A DNA stretch of 64,000 nt from an uncultured Pelagibacteraceae bacterium (GCA_902604975.1 CACLAY010000003.1:6008-70007); one strand, 5' to 3'. Counted from the stretch's first letter, positions 28,586 through 40,043 are shown. The notes: generated by a model from the sequence alone, not told the origin. Made by a program: numbers and translations.

Positions 28586-29290
28586 TTAGACTGATATTCT
28601 TAATTCATCAATTTTCTTCCTGATTTGTTTTAAATCAGCCCAAGAATATTTTTTTTGTTCAGCTTGCCTTAATAAATATGCTGGGTGAAATGTGATTATT
28701 GTCAAGTATGTTTTATTATGAATGATTATATCTTTCCAAACACCTCTTTCTTTTGAAATTTTTATCTTAGATCCAAAAAGTGATTCCATGGCTGTACTAC
28801 CCATCAGAATTAAAATTTCAGGATCAATAATTGAAATATGTTTTCGAAGAAAATTCGAATATCTATTAATTTCTGAAGGCTCAGGCTTTCTGTTATTTGG
28901 TGGTCGATAGTTAACTACATTTGTAATATAAATATTATTTCTTTTTATTTGAATAGCCTCTAACATTTTATTCAATAATACCCCAGCGTCTCCCACAAAT
29001 GGTTTCCCTTGCTCATCTTCTTTTTGGCCAGGACCTTCACCGATTATCATAATTTTACTTTCGCTGTTTCCATCAGCAAATACTAGTTGTGTAGCATTAT
29101 TCTTTAGTTCACAGTTATCTATATTTTCGATTTCATTCTTTAATTCTAAAAGAAGTTTTTTTTTATCTTCTAGCTGTGGTTTAGTTTTAAGTCTGTTAAT
29201 TGGTTTATCATTAAATATATATTCAATTTCGTTTGAGTTAAGATTTTCAAGGTTTAATATGTCATTTTGATTTTTGAGATTAAAAGTCAT
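28586..29290 (-). CDS. Uracil-DNA glycosylase family 4
   Basis: IGEGPG, PFVG, YITN, RPPNNRKP, FHPAYLLR; likely ATG at 29290. Confidence 0.93.
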   Translation of the reverse strand: MTFNLKNQNDILNLENLNSNEIEYIFNDKPINRLKTKPQLEDKKKLLLELKNEIENIDNCELKNNATQLVFADGNSESKIMIIGEGPGQKEDEQGKPFVGDAGVLLNKMLEAIQIKRNNIYITNVVNYRPPNNRKPEPSEINRYSNFLRKHISIIDPEILILMGSTAMESLFGSKIKISKERGVWKDIIIHNKTYLTIITFHPAYLLRQAEQKKYSWADLKQIRKKIDELRISV

Positions 29291-29300
29291 AAGTTTAAAT

Positions 29301-30974
29301 ATGAAAATTTTATTAATAATTTTATCATTTTTAGCACTGCAGACCAGTACATATTCAAGTACTTCTGAAGATAATAATTTCAATCAAAAGTATCTCTCTA
29401 ATTATTTTTCTGCTTTAGTTTCATCAGGCAATCAAAAAAATGAGGCAGCACTTGATTATTTTAATTCCTCTAAATTTCTTATTCAAAAACATGATGATTT
29501 TTTAAAAAAGTATGTATTTTCACTAGTTTTAAATGGACAAGTTAAAAAAGGAATAGACCAAATAAAAATTTCAAAAAATGATATTAATTCCAATACCTTT
29601 GAGCTTAACCTCCTCCTTTTAGTTGATAGCTTTAAGAAAAAAGATTTTAAACAAGCCAATAAAAGAATCAAAGAATTTCAAATGGACAAAGATGATGGAA
29701 CCTACGAATACGTAATTTACAAAATTTTAAAAGATTTTAATTATCTGTTTATTAAAAAAGAGGCTATTGAAGATAATAAATATGGATCATTAAGTTTAAT
29801 TTCAACTGCTTTTCAGAATTGTTATTTAAACTCACAAAAAACAAATTCATATTTTGAAAGATTATTAAATAGCTCTGATGGAGATTATTCAAGATATATG
29901 TATTTTTATTTTGCAAATCTGATTGAGAATAAAGAACTAAAAAAAGTAAAAGAAGTATCTAAAAGAATTGAACCTTTAGGAGATAGTATTTTATTACATC
30001 AAATCAAAGATTGGATTGATAATGAAGATTATAAAAAATTTAAAACTCATTTTTCTTGTAAAAATGAAAATGATATTTTGGCTGAGATTTTTTATTTGGT
30101 ATCTAATTTATTTTCGACGCAAAATATTTTTGATCAGTCAAATTTTTATTTAAGAATATCAGAATACTTAAATCCTAAATTTTATTTCAATCGGACTTTG
30201 CTTGCTGAAAATTATTACTTAAATAAGAATAATTACCAAGCTAATAAAATTTTAGAAGATTTCAAAAAAAAAGATAAGTTATACTTTTGGTATAAAACAA
30301 AAAAGATTGGGAGAATACTATCTGAAGATAATTCAGAAGAAGAAGCTGCAATTTATATTAAGAAGCATTTCAATTCTATAAAGTCTCCAACTTTAAAAAT
30401 TCTTTATGACTACGCAAACATTAATAAAGGTTTTGAAAATTATGAAATTGCTATCGAATATTACACCGAATTAATGAAAAAGGTTGAAAAGAATTCTTAT
30501 GCACTCTCTCGGATTCTTTACAGAAGAGGTAGCAGCTATGAAAGGATGGGAAATTATGAAAAAGCGGACAAAGATATGTTGGAGAGTTTGAGAATATATC
30601 CAAATGAACCATATACTATGAATTATCTTGCTTATAGTTGGCTAGAGAGAAACCACAAAATAGATGAAGCAATAGAAATGATACAGTCGGCCTATAAACA
30701 AAAAGAAGATGATCCATATATAACAGACTCTGTTGGTTGGGGATATTATTTGATTGGTGATTATATCAATGCTGAAAAATATTTAAAAAAAGCCTTGCAG
30801 CTTATGCCAGACGATCCAATTGTTAATGATCATTATGGTGATGTTCTTTGGAAACTAAATAAAAAATTACAAGCAAATTATTATTGGCGGGCTGTTTTAG
30901 AGCTTGAGGAAACAGAAGATAAAATGAAATCAAAAATAAAATATAAGTTATTAGAGGGTTTAAAAAAATCATAA
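29301..30974 (+). CDS. Exported tetratricopeptide repeat protein
   Basis: Signal peptide; C-terminal TPRs (NYLAYSW, DSVGWGYY, DHYGDVLW); typical neighbour of ispE. Confidence 0.9.
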   Translation: MKILLIILSFLALQTSTYSSTSEDNNFNQKYLSNYFSALVSSGNQKNEAALDYFNSSKFLIQKHDDFLKKYVFSLVLNGQVKKGIDQIKISKNDINSNTFELNLLLLVDSFKKKDFKQANKRIKEFQMDKDDGTYEYVIYKILKDFNYLFIKKEAIEDNKYGSLSLISTAFQNCYLNSQKTNSYFERLLNSSDGDYSRYMYFYFANLIENKELKKVKEVSKRIEPLGDSILLHQIKDWIDNEDYKKFKTHFSCKNENDILAEIFYLVSNLFSTQNIFDQSNFYLRISEYLNPKFYFNRTLLAENYYLNKNNYQANKILEDFKKKDKLYFWYKTKKIGRILSEDNSEEEAAIYIKKHFNSIKSPTLKILYDYANINKGFENYEIAIEYYTELMKKVEKNSYALSRILYRRGSSYERMGNYEKADKDMLESLRIYPNEPYTMNYLAYSWLERNHKIDEAIEMIQSAYKQKEDDPYITDSVGWGYYLIGDYINAEKYLKKALQLMPDDPIVNDHYGDVLWKLNKKLQANYYWRAVLELEETEDKMKSKIKYKLLEGLKKS

Positions 30975-30977
30975 TTA

Positions 30978-31826
30978 ATGAGATTTGAAAAGATTAAGTC
31001 ACACGCAAAAGTCAATTTATCTCTCAACGTGCTAGGAAAACGAAAATCAAAACTTCATAATTTAGAAACTCTAGTTGCTTTTGTCGACTTACATGATCAA
31101 ATATTTATAAAAAGAACAAATAATAAAAATCATGTAGTAAGATTTTCAGGACATTTTTCTAATAAAGTACCAAAAGCAAATACTGTTAGTAATTTGCTAA
31201 ATATTCTCGATAAAAAAAAAAAATTAAAAAATAATAAATATTCAATTTTAATAAAAAAAAATATTCCCCAAGAAGCTGGACTTGGTGGAGGCTCAATGAA
31301 CGCGGCCTCTATAATTAATTACTTTGAAAAAAAAAATAAAATTAATTTAACGTTAAAAGAAAGATATGATTTATGTTCAAAAATAGGGTCGGATGTAATC
31401 TTAGGTATTGATCAAAAAAATTTAATTATTTCTTATAAAAAAAAAACTACAAAAATTAAAAAAAATTTAAAAATGTTTACTTTAATGGTTAAGCCAAATT
31501 TTGGCTGTTCGACAAAAAGTATTTTTAACCGAGTTAGACATTACTCAAAACCTCAATTATCAAAAATAAGGTCAAAAAATATTGACTTTAATTTAATGTC
31601 AAAGTTAAAAAATGATTTAGAGATCATATCTACAAAAAAATATCCCAGACTTCAGAAACTTAGAGATTATTTTTTAAATATTGATAAAAATTCATATGTA
31701 AGAATGACAGGGTCTGGTTCAACAATCGTTGGGTATTTTAAGTCCAAAAAAGCCGCACTAAACGCAAAGAAATTATTAAGAAAAAATTATAAAAACTATT
31801 GGTGTAATTTATCAAAAACTATATAA
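30978..31826 (+). CDS. ispE: 4-diphosphocytidyl-2-C-methyl-D-erythritol kinase
   Basis: AKVNLSL, KNIPQEAGLGGGS, GSDV, MTGSGS. Confidence 0.95.
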   Translation: MRFEKIKSHAKVNLSLNVLGKRKSKLHNLETLVAFVDLHDQIFIKRTNNKNHVVRFSGHFSNKVPKANTVSNLLNILDKKKKLKNNKYSILIKKNIPQEAGLGGGSMNAASIINYFEKKNKINLTLKERYDLCSKIGSDVILGIDQKNLIISYKKKTTKIKKNLKMFTLMVKPNFGCSTKSIFNRVRHYSKPQLSKIRSKNIDFNLMSKLKNDLEIISTKKYPRLQKLRDYFLNIDKNSYVRMTGSGSTIVGYFKSKKAALNAKKLLRKNYKNYWCNLSKTI

Positions 31827-31858
31827 AGCTTTTTTTTTGTGATATATGAAATTAATTT

Positions 31859-31932
31859 TGGGGTGTAGCCAAGTGGTAAGGCAGCGGTTTTTGGTACCGC
31901 CATCCTAGGTTCGAATCCTAGCACCCCAGCCA
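31859..31932 (+). tRNA. tRNA-Gln(TTG)
   Basis: Acceptor stem TGGGGTG/CACCCCA, D-arm TAGCCAAGTGGTAAGGC, anticodon arm GCGGT-TTTTGGT-ACCGC, T-arm GGTTCGAATCC, encoded CCA. Confidence 0.97.
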
Positions 31933-31935
31933 CTT

Positions 31936-33210
31936 ATGTACAATTTTTTTAAAAAAATCTTTAAAACAAACAAAAAAATTACTCCTAAAGATAGCTCTTT
32001 TTTAAAAATTTATAAAAGCACTGAAATCTCAAAACTTTTTGACTCGATATCTAACTTTAATGACACAAGTGAAATTAGATATGTAGGAGGTTGTGTAAGA
32101 AAAATATTAAATCAAGAGGATGTGGACGACATTGATTTAGCAGTAAACTTAAATCCAAACCAAGTTAAAGAATGTTTGCAATCACATAACATCAAATTCT
32201 TTGAAACTGGCATAAAACATGGAACTATTACTGCAAATATAGGACAAAAAAATTTTGAGATCACATCATTAAGAGAAGATGTTGATACCGATGGAAGACA
32301 TGCAAATGTTAGATATACAACAGACTGGTCAAAAGACTCATCAAGAAGAGATTTTACCATTAATTCTATTTATGCTGATAAAGATGGTAATTTGTTTGAT
32401 CCAAATGGGGGTGCCAAAGATATAGAAGAGGGAAAGGTAATTTTTATTGGTAATGCAGATAATAGAATTCAGGAAGATTATTTAAGAATTTTGAGATATA
32501 TTAGATTCTTTATAAATTATAGTAATTACCCTCATAATTCATCAGTAAAAAAATCAATCAAGCAAAACATTGCTGGTCTAGGCAATCTTTCAAAAGAAAG
32601 ATTAATGAGTGAATTAAAAAAAATTATTTTATCTAAAAATTTTTTACAAATATCAAAAGACTCTTTTTCATTAGAAATTTTAACAACAATTTTTCCTCAG
32701 CTTATTAATCTTAATAATTTAGAAAAACTGAATGACTACTCAAAAAATATATTTAAAAATAAAACATTTATTTTTTTGATTTCCTACTTAATTATAGATG
32801 AAACTGATAATTCAAATTATTTTTTATTTAAGTATAATTTATCAAATGAAGATAAAAAAAGAATAAAGTTTCTTACTGAAAATTATGAATTATTCTCTGA
32901 AAAAGACTATTTCAATAAAAAAAACCTCCAAAGGATTTTTTATTTTAATAATAAATCTTACGTTATTGATTTATTAGATTTAAAAATTTTTAACTCTAAA
33001 ACAGTACCAAAAAAACTAATTGAATTAAAAAAATATTTTGAACAGTTTAAGAAACCTATTTTTCCGTTAAAAGCACAGGATTTACTTGAAAAATACAATT
33101 TAAAAGAAGGAAAAGAATTTGGACAAAAAATTAGATTGATCGAGGACTTGTGGTTAAATAACAACTTTAAATTAAGTAATAAAGAAATTGATAACGTATT
33201 TGGAAATTAA
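31936..33210 (+). CDS. cca: CCA tRNA nucleotidyltransferase
   Basis: [33 protein letters not shown]. Confidence 0.92.
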   Translation: MYNFFKKIFKTNKKITPKDSSFLKIYKSTEISKLFDSISNFNDTSEIRYVGGCVRKILNQEDVDDIDLAVNLNPNQVKECLQSHNIKFFETGIKHGTITANIGQKNFEITSLREDVDTDGRHANVRYTTDWSKDSSRRDFTINSIYADKDGNLFDPNGGAKDIEEGKVIFIGNADNRIQEDYLRILRYIRFFINYSNYPHNSSVKKSIKQNIAGLGNLSKERLMSELKKIILSKNFLQISKDSFSLEILTTIFPQLINLNNLEKLNDYSKNIFKNKTFIFLISYLIIDETDNSNYFLFKYNLSNEDKKRIKFLTENYELFSEKDYFNKKNLQRIFYFNNKSYVIDLLDLKIFNSKTVPKKLIELKKYFEQFKKPIFPLKAQDLLEKYNLKEGKEFGQKIRLIEDLWLNNNFKLSNKEIDNVFGN

Positions 33211-33683
33211 ATATATTTAACGTCTTTTATTTCAAAATTTTTTACGCCTGCAGGAGTTTTAATTTCAACTAAATCACCCTTATTTTTACCAATTAGACCC
33301 ATACCTATCGGCGATTTAAAATATATTAGTTTTTCTTTTAAGTTTGCCTCATCCTTTCCAACAATCTTATATTTCAAACTTTCTTCAGTATCTAAATTTT
33401 GTAGCATTATTGTTGAACCGAATATAACTTTTCCGTCGTTATCTAATTTTGTAACATCAACAACATTTGCTCTAGCTATAATATCTTCAACTTCTTGAAC
33501 TCTTCCTTCATTGTGAGATTGCTGCTCTTTTGCAGCATGATATTCTGCATTTTCTTTAAGATCCCCATGTGATCTTGCTTCAGCTATGGCCGCAACTATC
33601 TCAGGTCTTTTCTTCTCTTTTAAGAAAATCAATTCTTCTTTTAATTTTTCTAAACCTCTAACTGTGATCGGCTCTTTTTCCAT
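33207..33683 (-). CDS. greA: Transcription elongation factor GreA
   Basis: [18 protein letters not shown]. Confidence 0.97.
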   Translation of the reverse strand: MEKEPITVRGLEKLKEELIFLKEKKRPEIVAAIAEARSHGDLKENAEYHAAKEQQSHNEGRVQEVEDIIARANVVDVTKLDNDGKVIFGSTIMLQNLDTEESLKYKIVGKDEANLKEKLIYFKSPIGMGLIGKNKGDLVEIKTPAGVKNFEIKDVKYI

Positions 33684-33686
33684 AAT

Positions 33687-34514
33687 TTATTTCCATTTAG
33701 CGATAGGTGGTAGTGACATTAAAATAGCCTCAACATTACCGTTCGTTTGTAAACCAAACTTTGTACCTCTATCATAAAGTAAGTTAAATTCAACATATCG
33801 ACCTCTTTTTTCTAATTGAATTTCTCTTTGTTTATTTGACCATTTTTTCTTATATTTTTTTAATATAATTTCTCTAAAAATATTTTTAAAACTTATTCCT
33901 ACTTCTCTTACAAAACTAAAATCTTTTTCCCAATTTTCTTTTTTATAATCAAAAAAAATTCCCCCTATACCTCTTGGTTCTTTCCTATGTGGCAAATAAA
34001 AATATTCATCACACCATTTTTTATATTTTTTATAAAAATTTTTATTATGTTTGTCACAAGATTTCTTTAATTCATTATGAAACCATTTTTCTAAACTTTT
34101 ATCTTTCAGGCAAGGAGTAACATCCATCCCTCCACCAAACCATCCATGAGAAGTATAAATATATCTAGTGTTAAAATGCATAGCAGGAACATGAGGGTTT
34201 TTCATATGCATTACTACTGATATACCTGCTGCCCAAAAGTTTGGATTTTTATCTCCCCCAGGAATTCTATTTCTAAATTGTTTTGAAAATTTTCCGTAAA
34301 CTTCAGAAAAATTTACTCCTACTTTTTCAAATATTTTTCCATTTTCTAATATTCTAAATTGGCCACCACCTTCATTTGAGTTTTTACCTCTTTCCCAATT
34401 TTTAATTTTGAAGATATTTTTCTTTGCTTCTAATTCTTCTATTTCTTGACAAATTACTTCTTGCAAAGTCTTAAACCAATTTCGTGCTAATTTTTTTTTA
34501 ATTGTTTGATCCAT
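33687..34514 (-). CDS. hemF: Oxygen-dependent coproporphyrinogen III oxidase
   Basis: HFNTR, WFGGGMD, RGRYVEFNLLYDRGTKFGL. Confidence 0.97.
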   Translation of the reverse strand: MDQTIKKKLARNWFKTLQEVICQEIEELEAKKNIFKIKNWERGKNSNEGGGQFRILENGKIFEKVGVNFSEVYGKFSKQFRNRIPGGDKNPNFWAAGISVVMHMKNPHVPAMHFNTRYIYTSHGWFGGGMDVTPCLKDKSLEKWFHNELKKSCDKHNKNFYKKYKKWCDEYFYLPHRKEPRGIGGIFFDYKKENWEKDFSFVREVGISFKNIFREIILKKYKKKWSNKQREIQLEKRGRYVEFNLLYDRGTKFGLQTNGNVEAILMSLPPIAKWK

Positions 34515-34959
34515 AAATATTTGATTGTCTTATATTTTCTGACAATACTATTGCAACTGAAGATGCGAGGTTCAAGGATCTTTTTTTTTCAATCATTGGT
34601 ATTTTTATCCTATTCTCTAACCTTTTATGAACCTCATCTGGAACACCAGCACTTTCTCTTCCAAATAGTAATGTGTCATTGAATCTAAATTTAAATTCAG
34701 TATAAATTTTACTGGCCTTAGTGGTCATTAAAACTACTCTATCATTCTTTTTTGCTTCAAAAAATTCATCTGAACTTTTGTAAACCCTCATCAATTTTTC
34801 ATCCAGGTAGTCCATAACAACTCTTTTAAAACGCTTGTCATTCAGTAAAAATCCACAAGGCTCTATAATCTCAAGAACAGCCCCAAGGCAAGAACAAGTT
34901 CTAGCTATCGCAGCCGTATTTTGTGGTATATCAGGCTCGTAAAGTGCTATTTTAGGCAT
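34498..34959 (-). CDS. trmL: tRNA (cytidine/uridine-2'-O)-methyltransferase TrmL
   Basis: PDIPQNT, FGRESAG, IPM...SLNLASS; likely ATG at 34959. Confidence 0.93.
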   Translation of the reverse strand: MPKIALYEPDIPQNTAAIARTCSCLGAVLEIIEPCGFLLNDKRFKRVVMDYLDEKLMRVYKSSDEFFEAKKNDRVVLMTTKASKIYTEFKFRFNDTLLFGRESAGVPDEVHKRLENRIKIPMIEKKRSLNLASSVAIVLSENIRQSNIYGSNN

Positions 34960-35004
34960 CGATTTAGTTTTTTTGTGTGTCATTGTTACCATGGAAAAAT
35001 AACG

Positions 35005-35040
35005 TTTTTCTTCATATATGAAATCATATATTAAGAAAAA
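35005..35040. repeat. Inverted repeat with 17-bp arms upstream of petA
   Basis: TTTTTCTT-C-ATATATGA-AA-TCATATAT-T-AAGAAAAA, one mismatch. Confidence 0.5.
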
Positions 35041-35056
35041 ATTAAAATAATAACAA

Positions 35057-35575
35057 ATGTCAGATTCAGAAAAAAAGAAGCCAAATAGACGAGATTTTAT
35101 AGTGACTGCAACAACGGCAGCAGGTGCAGTAGGAGTGGGCGCGGTTGTTTGGCCGTTAGTTGATCAAATGAACCCTGACGCATCTGTGAAGGCATTAGCG
35201 AGTACAGAAGTTGATATAAGTGCAGTAGAACCTGGTCAATCAATAACCGTTTTGTGGAGAGGCAAACCAGTTTTTATAAAAAGAAGAACTCAAGATGAAA
35301 TTGATAGTGCAAGAGCTGTTGATTTAAGTGAGTTAAAACATCCTGAAAAAGATGAGGATAGAGCAATAAATCCAGAATGGCTTGTTATGTTAGGAGTATG
35401 CACTCACCTTGGATGTGTACCTTTAAATGATAAAGGAGATTATGGGGCATGGTTTTGTCCATGCCATGGTTCACACTACGATACATCTGGAAGAATTAGA
35501 AAAGGACCGGCACCTACAAATATGGAAGTGCCAAAATACGAATTTGTAAATAGTAACACTATTAAAATTGGATAG
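35057..35575 (+). CDS. petA: Ubiquinol-cytochrome c reductase Rieske subunit
   Basis: Tat RRDF, CTHLGC, CPCHGS. Confidence 0.98.
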   Translation: MSDSEKKKPNRRDFIVTATTAAGAVGVGAVVWPLVDQMNPDASVKALASTEVDISAVEPGQSITVLWRGKPVFIKRRTQDEIDSARAVDLSELKHPEKDEDRAINPEWLVMLGVCTHLGCVPLNDKGDYGAWFCPCHGSHYDTSGRIRKGPAPTNMEVPKYEFVNSNTIKIG

Positions 35576-35583
35576 AAAATTTT

Positions 35584-36852
35584 ATGAGCGATCACGAATA
35601 CACACCTAAATCAAAAGTTGGAAAATGGTTTAATGATAGACTTCCATTGCTAACACTTGCAAACCATTTAACAGATTATCCTACTCCCAAAAATTTAAAT
35701 TACTGGTGGACATTTGGTGGAATTCTTACTTTTTGCTTAATCACTCAAATAATTACCGGTATTGTTTTGGGTATGCATTATGTGGCTCATGCTGATTTAG
35801 CGTTTCAGAGTGTAGAACATATAATGAGAGATGTTAATTATGGTTGGTTAATCAGATATGTTCATGCAAACGGTGCATCTATGTTTTTCTTAGCCGTTTA
35901 TATTCATATCTTTAGATCTTTGTATTACGGGTCATATAAATCACCAAGAGAAGTTATTTGGATTATAGGTATGTTGATTTATTTCCTTATGATGGCAACT
36001 GCATTTATGGGGTACGTTCTTCCTTGGGGGCAAATGAGTTTCTGGGGTGCAACAGTAATTACAAACTTATTTAGTGCCATTCCTTTAGTAGGGGAGAGTA
36101 TCACGAATTGGCTTTGGGGAGGTTATTCAGTTGATAATCCAACTTTAACTAGATTTTTTAGTTTGCACTATTTGTTTCCTTTTTTAATTTTAGGACTAGT
36201 TGTGCTTCACATTTGGGCGCTACATGTTCCAGGAAACAATAACCCTATTGGAATAGATATAAAAAAACCCTCTAAGGATACTGTTCCTTTTCATCCGTAT
36301 ATTGTGATTAAAGATGCATTTGCACTTTTAATATTCTTATTAATATTTGCATTCTTTGTATTCTTTTCACCTAATATTCTAGGTCATGCGGACAACTATA
36401 TTGAAGCAAACCCACTAGTCACACCAGCTCATATTGTTCCTGAATGGTACTTGTTACCATTTTATGCAATCTTGAGATCAGTACCCGATAAACTGCTTGG
36501 AGTAATAGCAATGTTTGCTGCAATATTTGTATTAGTGATTTTACCTTGGTTAGACACTTCTAAAGTTAGATCAACTGTTTTCAGACCAATATATAAACAG
36601 TTCTACTGGTTTTTAGTTGCTGATGTATTAATACTTGGTTATGTTGGCGCAATGCCAGCAGAAGGCTTGTATTTATTAATCGCAAGAGTGGCAACAGCCT
36701 ATTACTTCGCACACTTTTTAATAATTTTACCTTTCTTAGGAATGAAGGAAAAAACAACTCCATTACCTCTAAGTATAACTGAGCCTGTATTGGGTGGATC
36801 TACTGATATGGCGATGGCTAGAAATAATTCAGATTTTAAAGATAAACTGTGA
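35584..36852 (+). CDS. petB: Cytochrome b
   Basis: [21 protein letters not shown]. Confidence 0.98.
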   Translation: MSDHEYTPKSKVGKWFNDRLPLLTLANHLTDYPTPKNLNYWWTFGGILTFCLITQIITGIVLGMHYVAHADLAFQSVEHIMRDVNYGWLIRYVHANGASMFFLAVYIHIFRSLYYGSYKSPREVIWIIGMLIYFLMMATAFMGYVLPWGQMSFWGATVITNLFSAIPLVGESITNWLWGGYSVDNPTLTRFFSLHYLFPFLILGLVVLHIWALHVPGNNNPIGIDIKKPSKDTVPFHPYIVIKDAFALLIFLLIFAFFVFFSPNILGHADNYIEANPLVTPAHIVPEWYLLPFYAILRSVPDKLLGVIAMFAAIFVLVILPWLDTSKVRSTVFRPIYKQFYWFLVADVLILGYVGAMPAEGLYLLIARVATAYYFAHFLIILPFLGMKEKTTPLPLSITEPVLGGSTDMAMARNNSDFKDKL

Positions 36853-37634
36853 AAATCTTTTTAAAATTAACTTTCTTATTTGTTATAATTTCATCATTAA
36901 TTTTATCGAGAGCAAATGCAGCTGGCGAACAGCAAGAATTATTAAAAGTTGATTGGTCTTTTAAGAGTTTCTTTGGCAAATTCGATAGAGCTTCCCTTCA
37001 AAGAGGATATCAAGTTTATACAGAAGTTTGTGCTTCATGCCACTCACTTAAACATTTAAGTTATAGAAATCTTGCAGAAAAAGGTGGACCAGAGTTTACA
37101 GAACTTGAGGCTAAAGCTATTGCTTCAAATTTCGAAGTAACAGACGGACCAAATAGTGATGGAGAAATGTTTGAAAGACCAGCTAAGTTGTCCGATAAAT
37201 TTGTAATGCCTTATGCAAATGTTCAGGAAGCAATTGCTGCTAATGGAGGAGCATATCCTCCAGATATGTCAGTGCTTGTAAAAGCAAGAGGTGGTGGAGC
37301 AAACTATATCTATTCTGTTTTAATGGGCTACGATGAACCGCCAGCAGGGATGGAGCTTGATGATGGTGTGTATTACAATAAATATATGTATGGAAATAAA
37401 ATTAAAATGGCATCTCCTTTGGATGATGACATTGTAGAGTATTCAGATGGGACAAAAGCAACAGTAGACCAAATGGCCAAAGATGTAACAACTTTTTTAC
37501 AGTGGACAGCTGAACCACATTTAGAGGCAAGACATAAACTAGGTTTTAGGGTGATTATATATTTATCAGTGTTAACAATTTTAGTTTATTTCACTATGAA
37601 AAAAATCTGGTCACGTATTGAAACGAAAGTTTAA
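36849..37634 (+). CDS. petC: Cytochrome c1
   Basis: QRGYQVY, CASCH, PPDMS, C-terminal TM helix; GTG start. Confidence 0.97.
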   Translation: MKIFLKLTFLFVIISSLILSRANAAGEQQELLKVDWSFKSFFGKFDRASLQRGYQVYTEVCASCHSLKHLSYRNLAEKGGPEFTELEAKAIASNFEVTDGPNSDGEMFERPAKLSDKFVMPYANVQEAIAANGGAYPPDMSVLVKARGGGANYIYSVLMGYDEPPAGMELDDGVYYNKYMYGNKIKMASPLDDDIVEYSDGTKATVDQMAKDVTTFLQWTAEPHLEARHKLGFRVIIYLSVLTILVYFTMKKIWSRIETKV

Positions 37635-38687
37635 AATATCTCCATCCTTAACAATATAGTCTTTACCTTCTAATCTCATTTTTCCAGCCTCTTTAGATTT
37701 CAACCATCCCTGATTATTTAAAAAATCTTCATAAGAAATTGTTTCGGCTCTTATAAATCCTTTTTCAAAGTCAGAGTGAATTTCCCCTGCAGCATTTGGT
37801 GCTGTAGATTCCTTTGAAATAGTCCATGCTCTTGACTCTTCAGGTCCCGATGTAAAAAAAGTTTGTAAGGATAAAAGTTCATATCCTTTTCTAATTAATG
37901 AATTAAGTCCTGTATCCGACATATTAATCATTTTCATATAATTTTTTTTTTCATTTTCATCCTCTAATTGGTTTATTTGATTTTCTATATCTGCAGAAAT
38001 TACCAATGTATTTTTTTTATCAAATTTTTTTATAAAGTCCTCAGTGTATTTGTTACCTGACTTAATACTTTCCTCATCTACATTGCACACATATAGTTTT
38101 GGTTTAGTACTAAGAAGTCCACTATTTTTTAAAAGTTTTTGATCGAATTCATTTGTGATCAATGTTAAATCACCATCCTCATCGATTATTTTCTGAGCTG
38201 CCTTCAACAATTTGAGCTCTTCATTATCAACATTTTTTTTATTTTTTTTATCAAGTCTCTTTTGAATTGACTCCAAATCAGCTAGCTTCATTTCAGTTTC
38301 TATAATCTCCAAATCTCTGACAGGATCAACGGTAGGGTTAACATTTTGAATGTCATCCGAGTCAAAACATCTGATCATATGAATAATGGCATCAACTTCT
38401 CTGATGTGAGATAAGAATTTATTACCTAATCCTTCCCCTTTAGAGGCTCCTTTAACAAGACCCGCGATATCAACAAATGAGATAGTAGTATTAATCTTTT
38501 TTTTTGAAATTGAAATTTCTGCAAGTTTATCAAGTCTTTCATCGGGAACTGCCACAATACCAATATTTGGATCAATTGTGCAAAAGGGAAAATTTTCTGC
38601 TTGTGCTTTATTAGAGTTTGTTAAAGCGTTAAATAAAGTAGATTTACCAACATTTGGTAATCCAACGATTCCACATTTAAAACCCAT
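37611..38687 (-). CDS. ychF: Redox-regulated ATPase YchF
   Basis: GLPNVGKS, PFCTIDPN, DIAGLV, TGS domain. Confidence 0.97.
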   Translation of the reverse strand: MGFKCGIVGLPNVGKSTLFNALTNSNKAQAENFPFCTIDPNIGIVAVPDERLDKLAEISISKKKINTTISFVDIAGLVKGASKGEGLGNKFLSHIREVDAIIHMIRCFDSDDIQNVNPTVDPVRDLEIIETEMKLADLESIQKRLDKKNKKNVDNEELKLLKAAQKIIDEDGDLTLITNEFDQKLLKNSGLLSTKPKLYVCNVDEESIKSGNKYTEDFIKKFDKKNTLVISADIENQINQLEDENEKKNYMKMINMSDTGLNSLIRKGYELLSLQTFFTSGPEESRAWTISKESTAPNAAGEIHSDFEKGFIRAETISYEDFLNNQGWLKSKEAGKMRLEGKDYIVKDGDILNFRFNT

Positions 38688-39248
38688 TTAATTGTTGTTA
38701 ACAGTACTAGAGAATAAGTCTAATTTTTTGTCAATCAATATAGTTAAAGACTCAATTATATTACTTGTTATCGAGTCCAAATGAACTTGTTCATCCTCAT
38801 TAAAGTCGTTTAGCACATAATCAGAGACAGGTATTTTATTTTCTGGCTTTCCTATGCCTATACGAACTCTTGAATATTCCTTGCCTATAAATTTGTCAAT
38901 TGATGCGATGCCGTTATGACCTGCACTTGATCCACCAAACTTTGCTTTAATTTTTCCAAATTCAATATCCAGGTCATCATGGAATACAATCACATCTTCT
39001 GCATCTATTTTAAAGTATTCAAGTAGTTCTCTAATACAAATTCCTGAATTATTCATAAATGTAAGAGGTTTAATTGCATATATTTTTTTATCACCAATAT
39101 TTCCAGTAGTTAATAATCCCTTAAATTTTGGTTTTTGCTTAGACAATCCAAACTTTTGGTTAATTGCATCCACAATTTTAAAACCAATGTTATGTCTATT
39201 ATTTTGACTATTTGGAGTCGGATTTCCTAAACCAACAAGTAACAGCAT
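38688..39248 (-). CDS. pth: Peptidyl-tRNA hydrolase
   Basis: GLGNP, RHNIGF, TFMN, HDDLD, GHNG. Confidence 0.97.
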   Translation of the reverse strand: MLLLVGLGNPTPNSQNNRHNIGFKIVDAINQKFGLSKQKPKFKGLLTTGNIGDKKIYAIKPLTFMNNSGICIRELLEYFKIDAEDVIVFHDDLDIEFGKIKAKFGGSSAGHNGIASIDKFIGKEYSRVRIGIGKPENKIPVSDYVLNDFNEDEQVHLDSITSNIIESLTILIDKKLDLFSSTVNNN

Positions 39249-39284
39249 ATCAAATTAAATCTGGAAAAAAAATTTCACTATTTA

Positions 39285-40001
39285 TTATTTTTTATCTGAT
39301 GAAGATTTATCTTCTTCTTTAGTTTTCTCACCCTCGACCTTTTCACCATCAGTTGAAGTTTTATCACCGCCTTCCGCAGCTGCTTCTGTTCCTTCTGCAG
39401 CCTCACCTTCAGCTGTCTCCGCTGGTTTTTCTGGTTCTTTAACTACCGTAGGTGCAGCAACTGTTGCAATCACAAAGTCTCTACCTTGAATAGTAGGCAT
39501 AACATTTTCAGGCAAATTAATTGAAGAAATTTTTATACTTGTACCGATATCCAAACCTTCTAAATCTACAACAAGCTCAGTTGGAATGTTTTCTGCAGGA
39601 CATCTCAATTCTACCTTACGTCTTACAATATTTAATACCCCTCCTCGTTTAAGCCCTGGTGATAGTTCATTGTTTATAAATTTCACAGGTATTTCTAAAA
39701 TAATTTTTCCACCTTTAACAATTCTCATTAAATCGAAATGAATAGGCTCATCAGTGACAGTATCAAAAGCAATATTTCTTGTTAAAACTTTTTGTTCTTT
39801 CCCATCTAAATTAATAGAAATTACATTAGATAGGAAATTTTCTTTATTTATTAAATTCTTTATCTCTTTAGTTGTAATTGAAATTTTTTCATTTGGCTGT
39901 TCTCCGCCATAAACTATACCTGGAACACTACCTTTGCTTCTTAGGTCGTTCACTTGGCCTTTAGTTTTTGTTTCTCTAATTCTAGCTTGTATTGTGCTCA
40001 T
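39285..40001 (-). CDS. rplY: 50S ribosomal protein L25 / Ctc
   Basis: PGIVYG, HFDL, PGLKRGG, acidic tail; prs-rplY-pth-ychF synteny. Confidence 0.95.
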   Translation of the reverse strand: MSTIQARIRETKTKGQVNDLRSKGSVPGIVYGGEQPNEKISITTKEIKNLINKENFLSNVISINLDGKEQKVLTRNIAFDTVTDEPIHFDLMRIVKGGKIILEIPVKFINNELSPGLKRGGVLNIVRRKVELRCPAENIPTELVVDLEGLDIGTSIKISSINLPENVMPTIQGRDFVIATVAAPTVVKEPEKPAETAEGEAAEGTEAAAEGGDKTSTDGEKVEGEKTKEEDKSSSDKK

Positions 40002-40043
40002 AAAAAGCTGGTTTTTAACCGAAGTTTGCTAATTTTACAAGTT

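Noticed and set aside
31859-31932. tRNA-Gln as an integration site
   Set aside because: No integrase and no duplicated tRNA 3' end seen; flanked by core genes.
39285-39450. Low-complexity Glu/Ala/Gly-rich stretch
   Set aside because: Normal acidic tail of L25/Ctc, not a repeat element.
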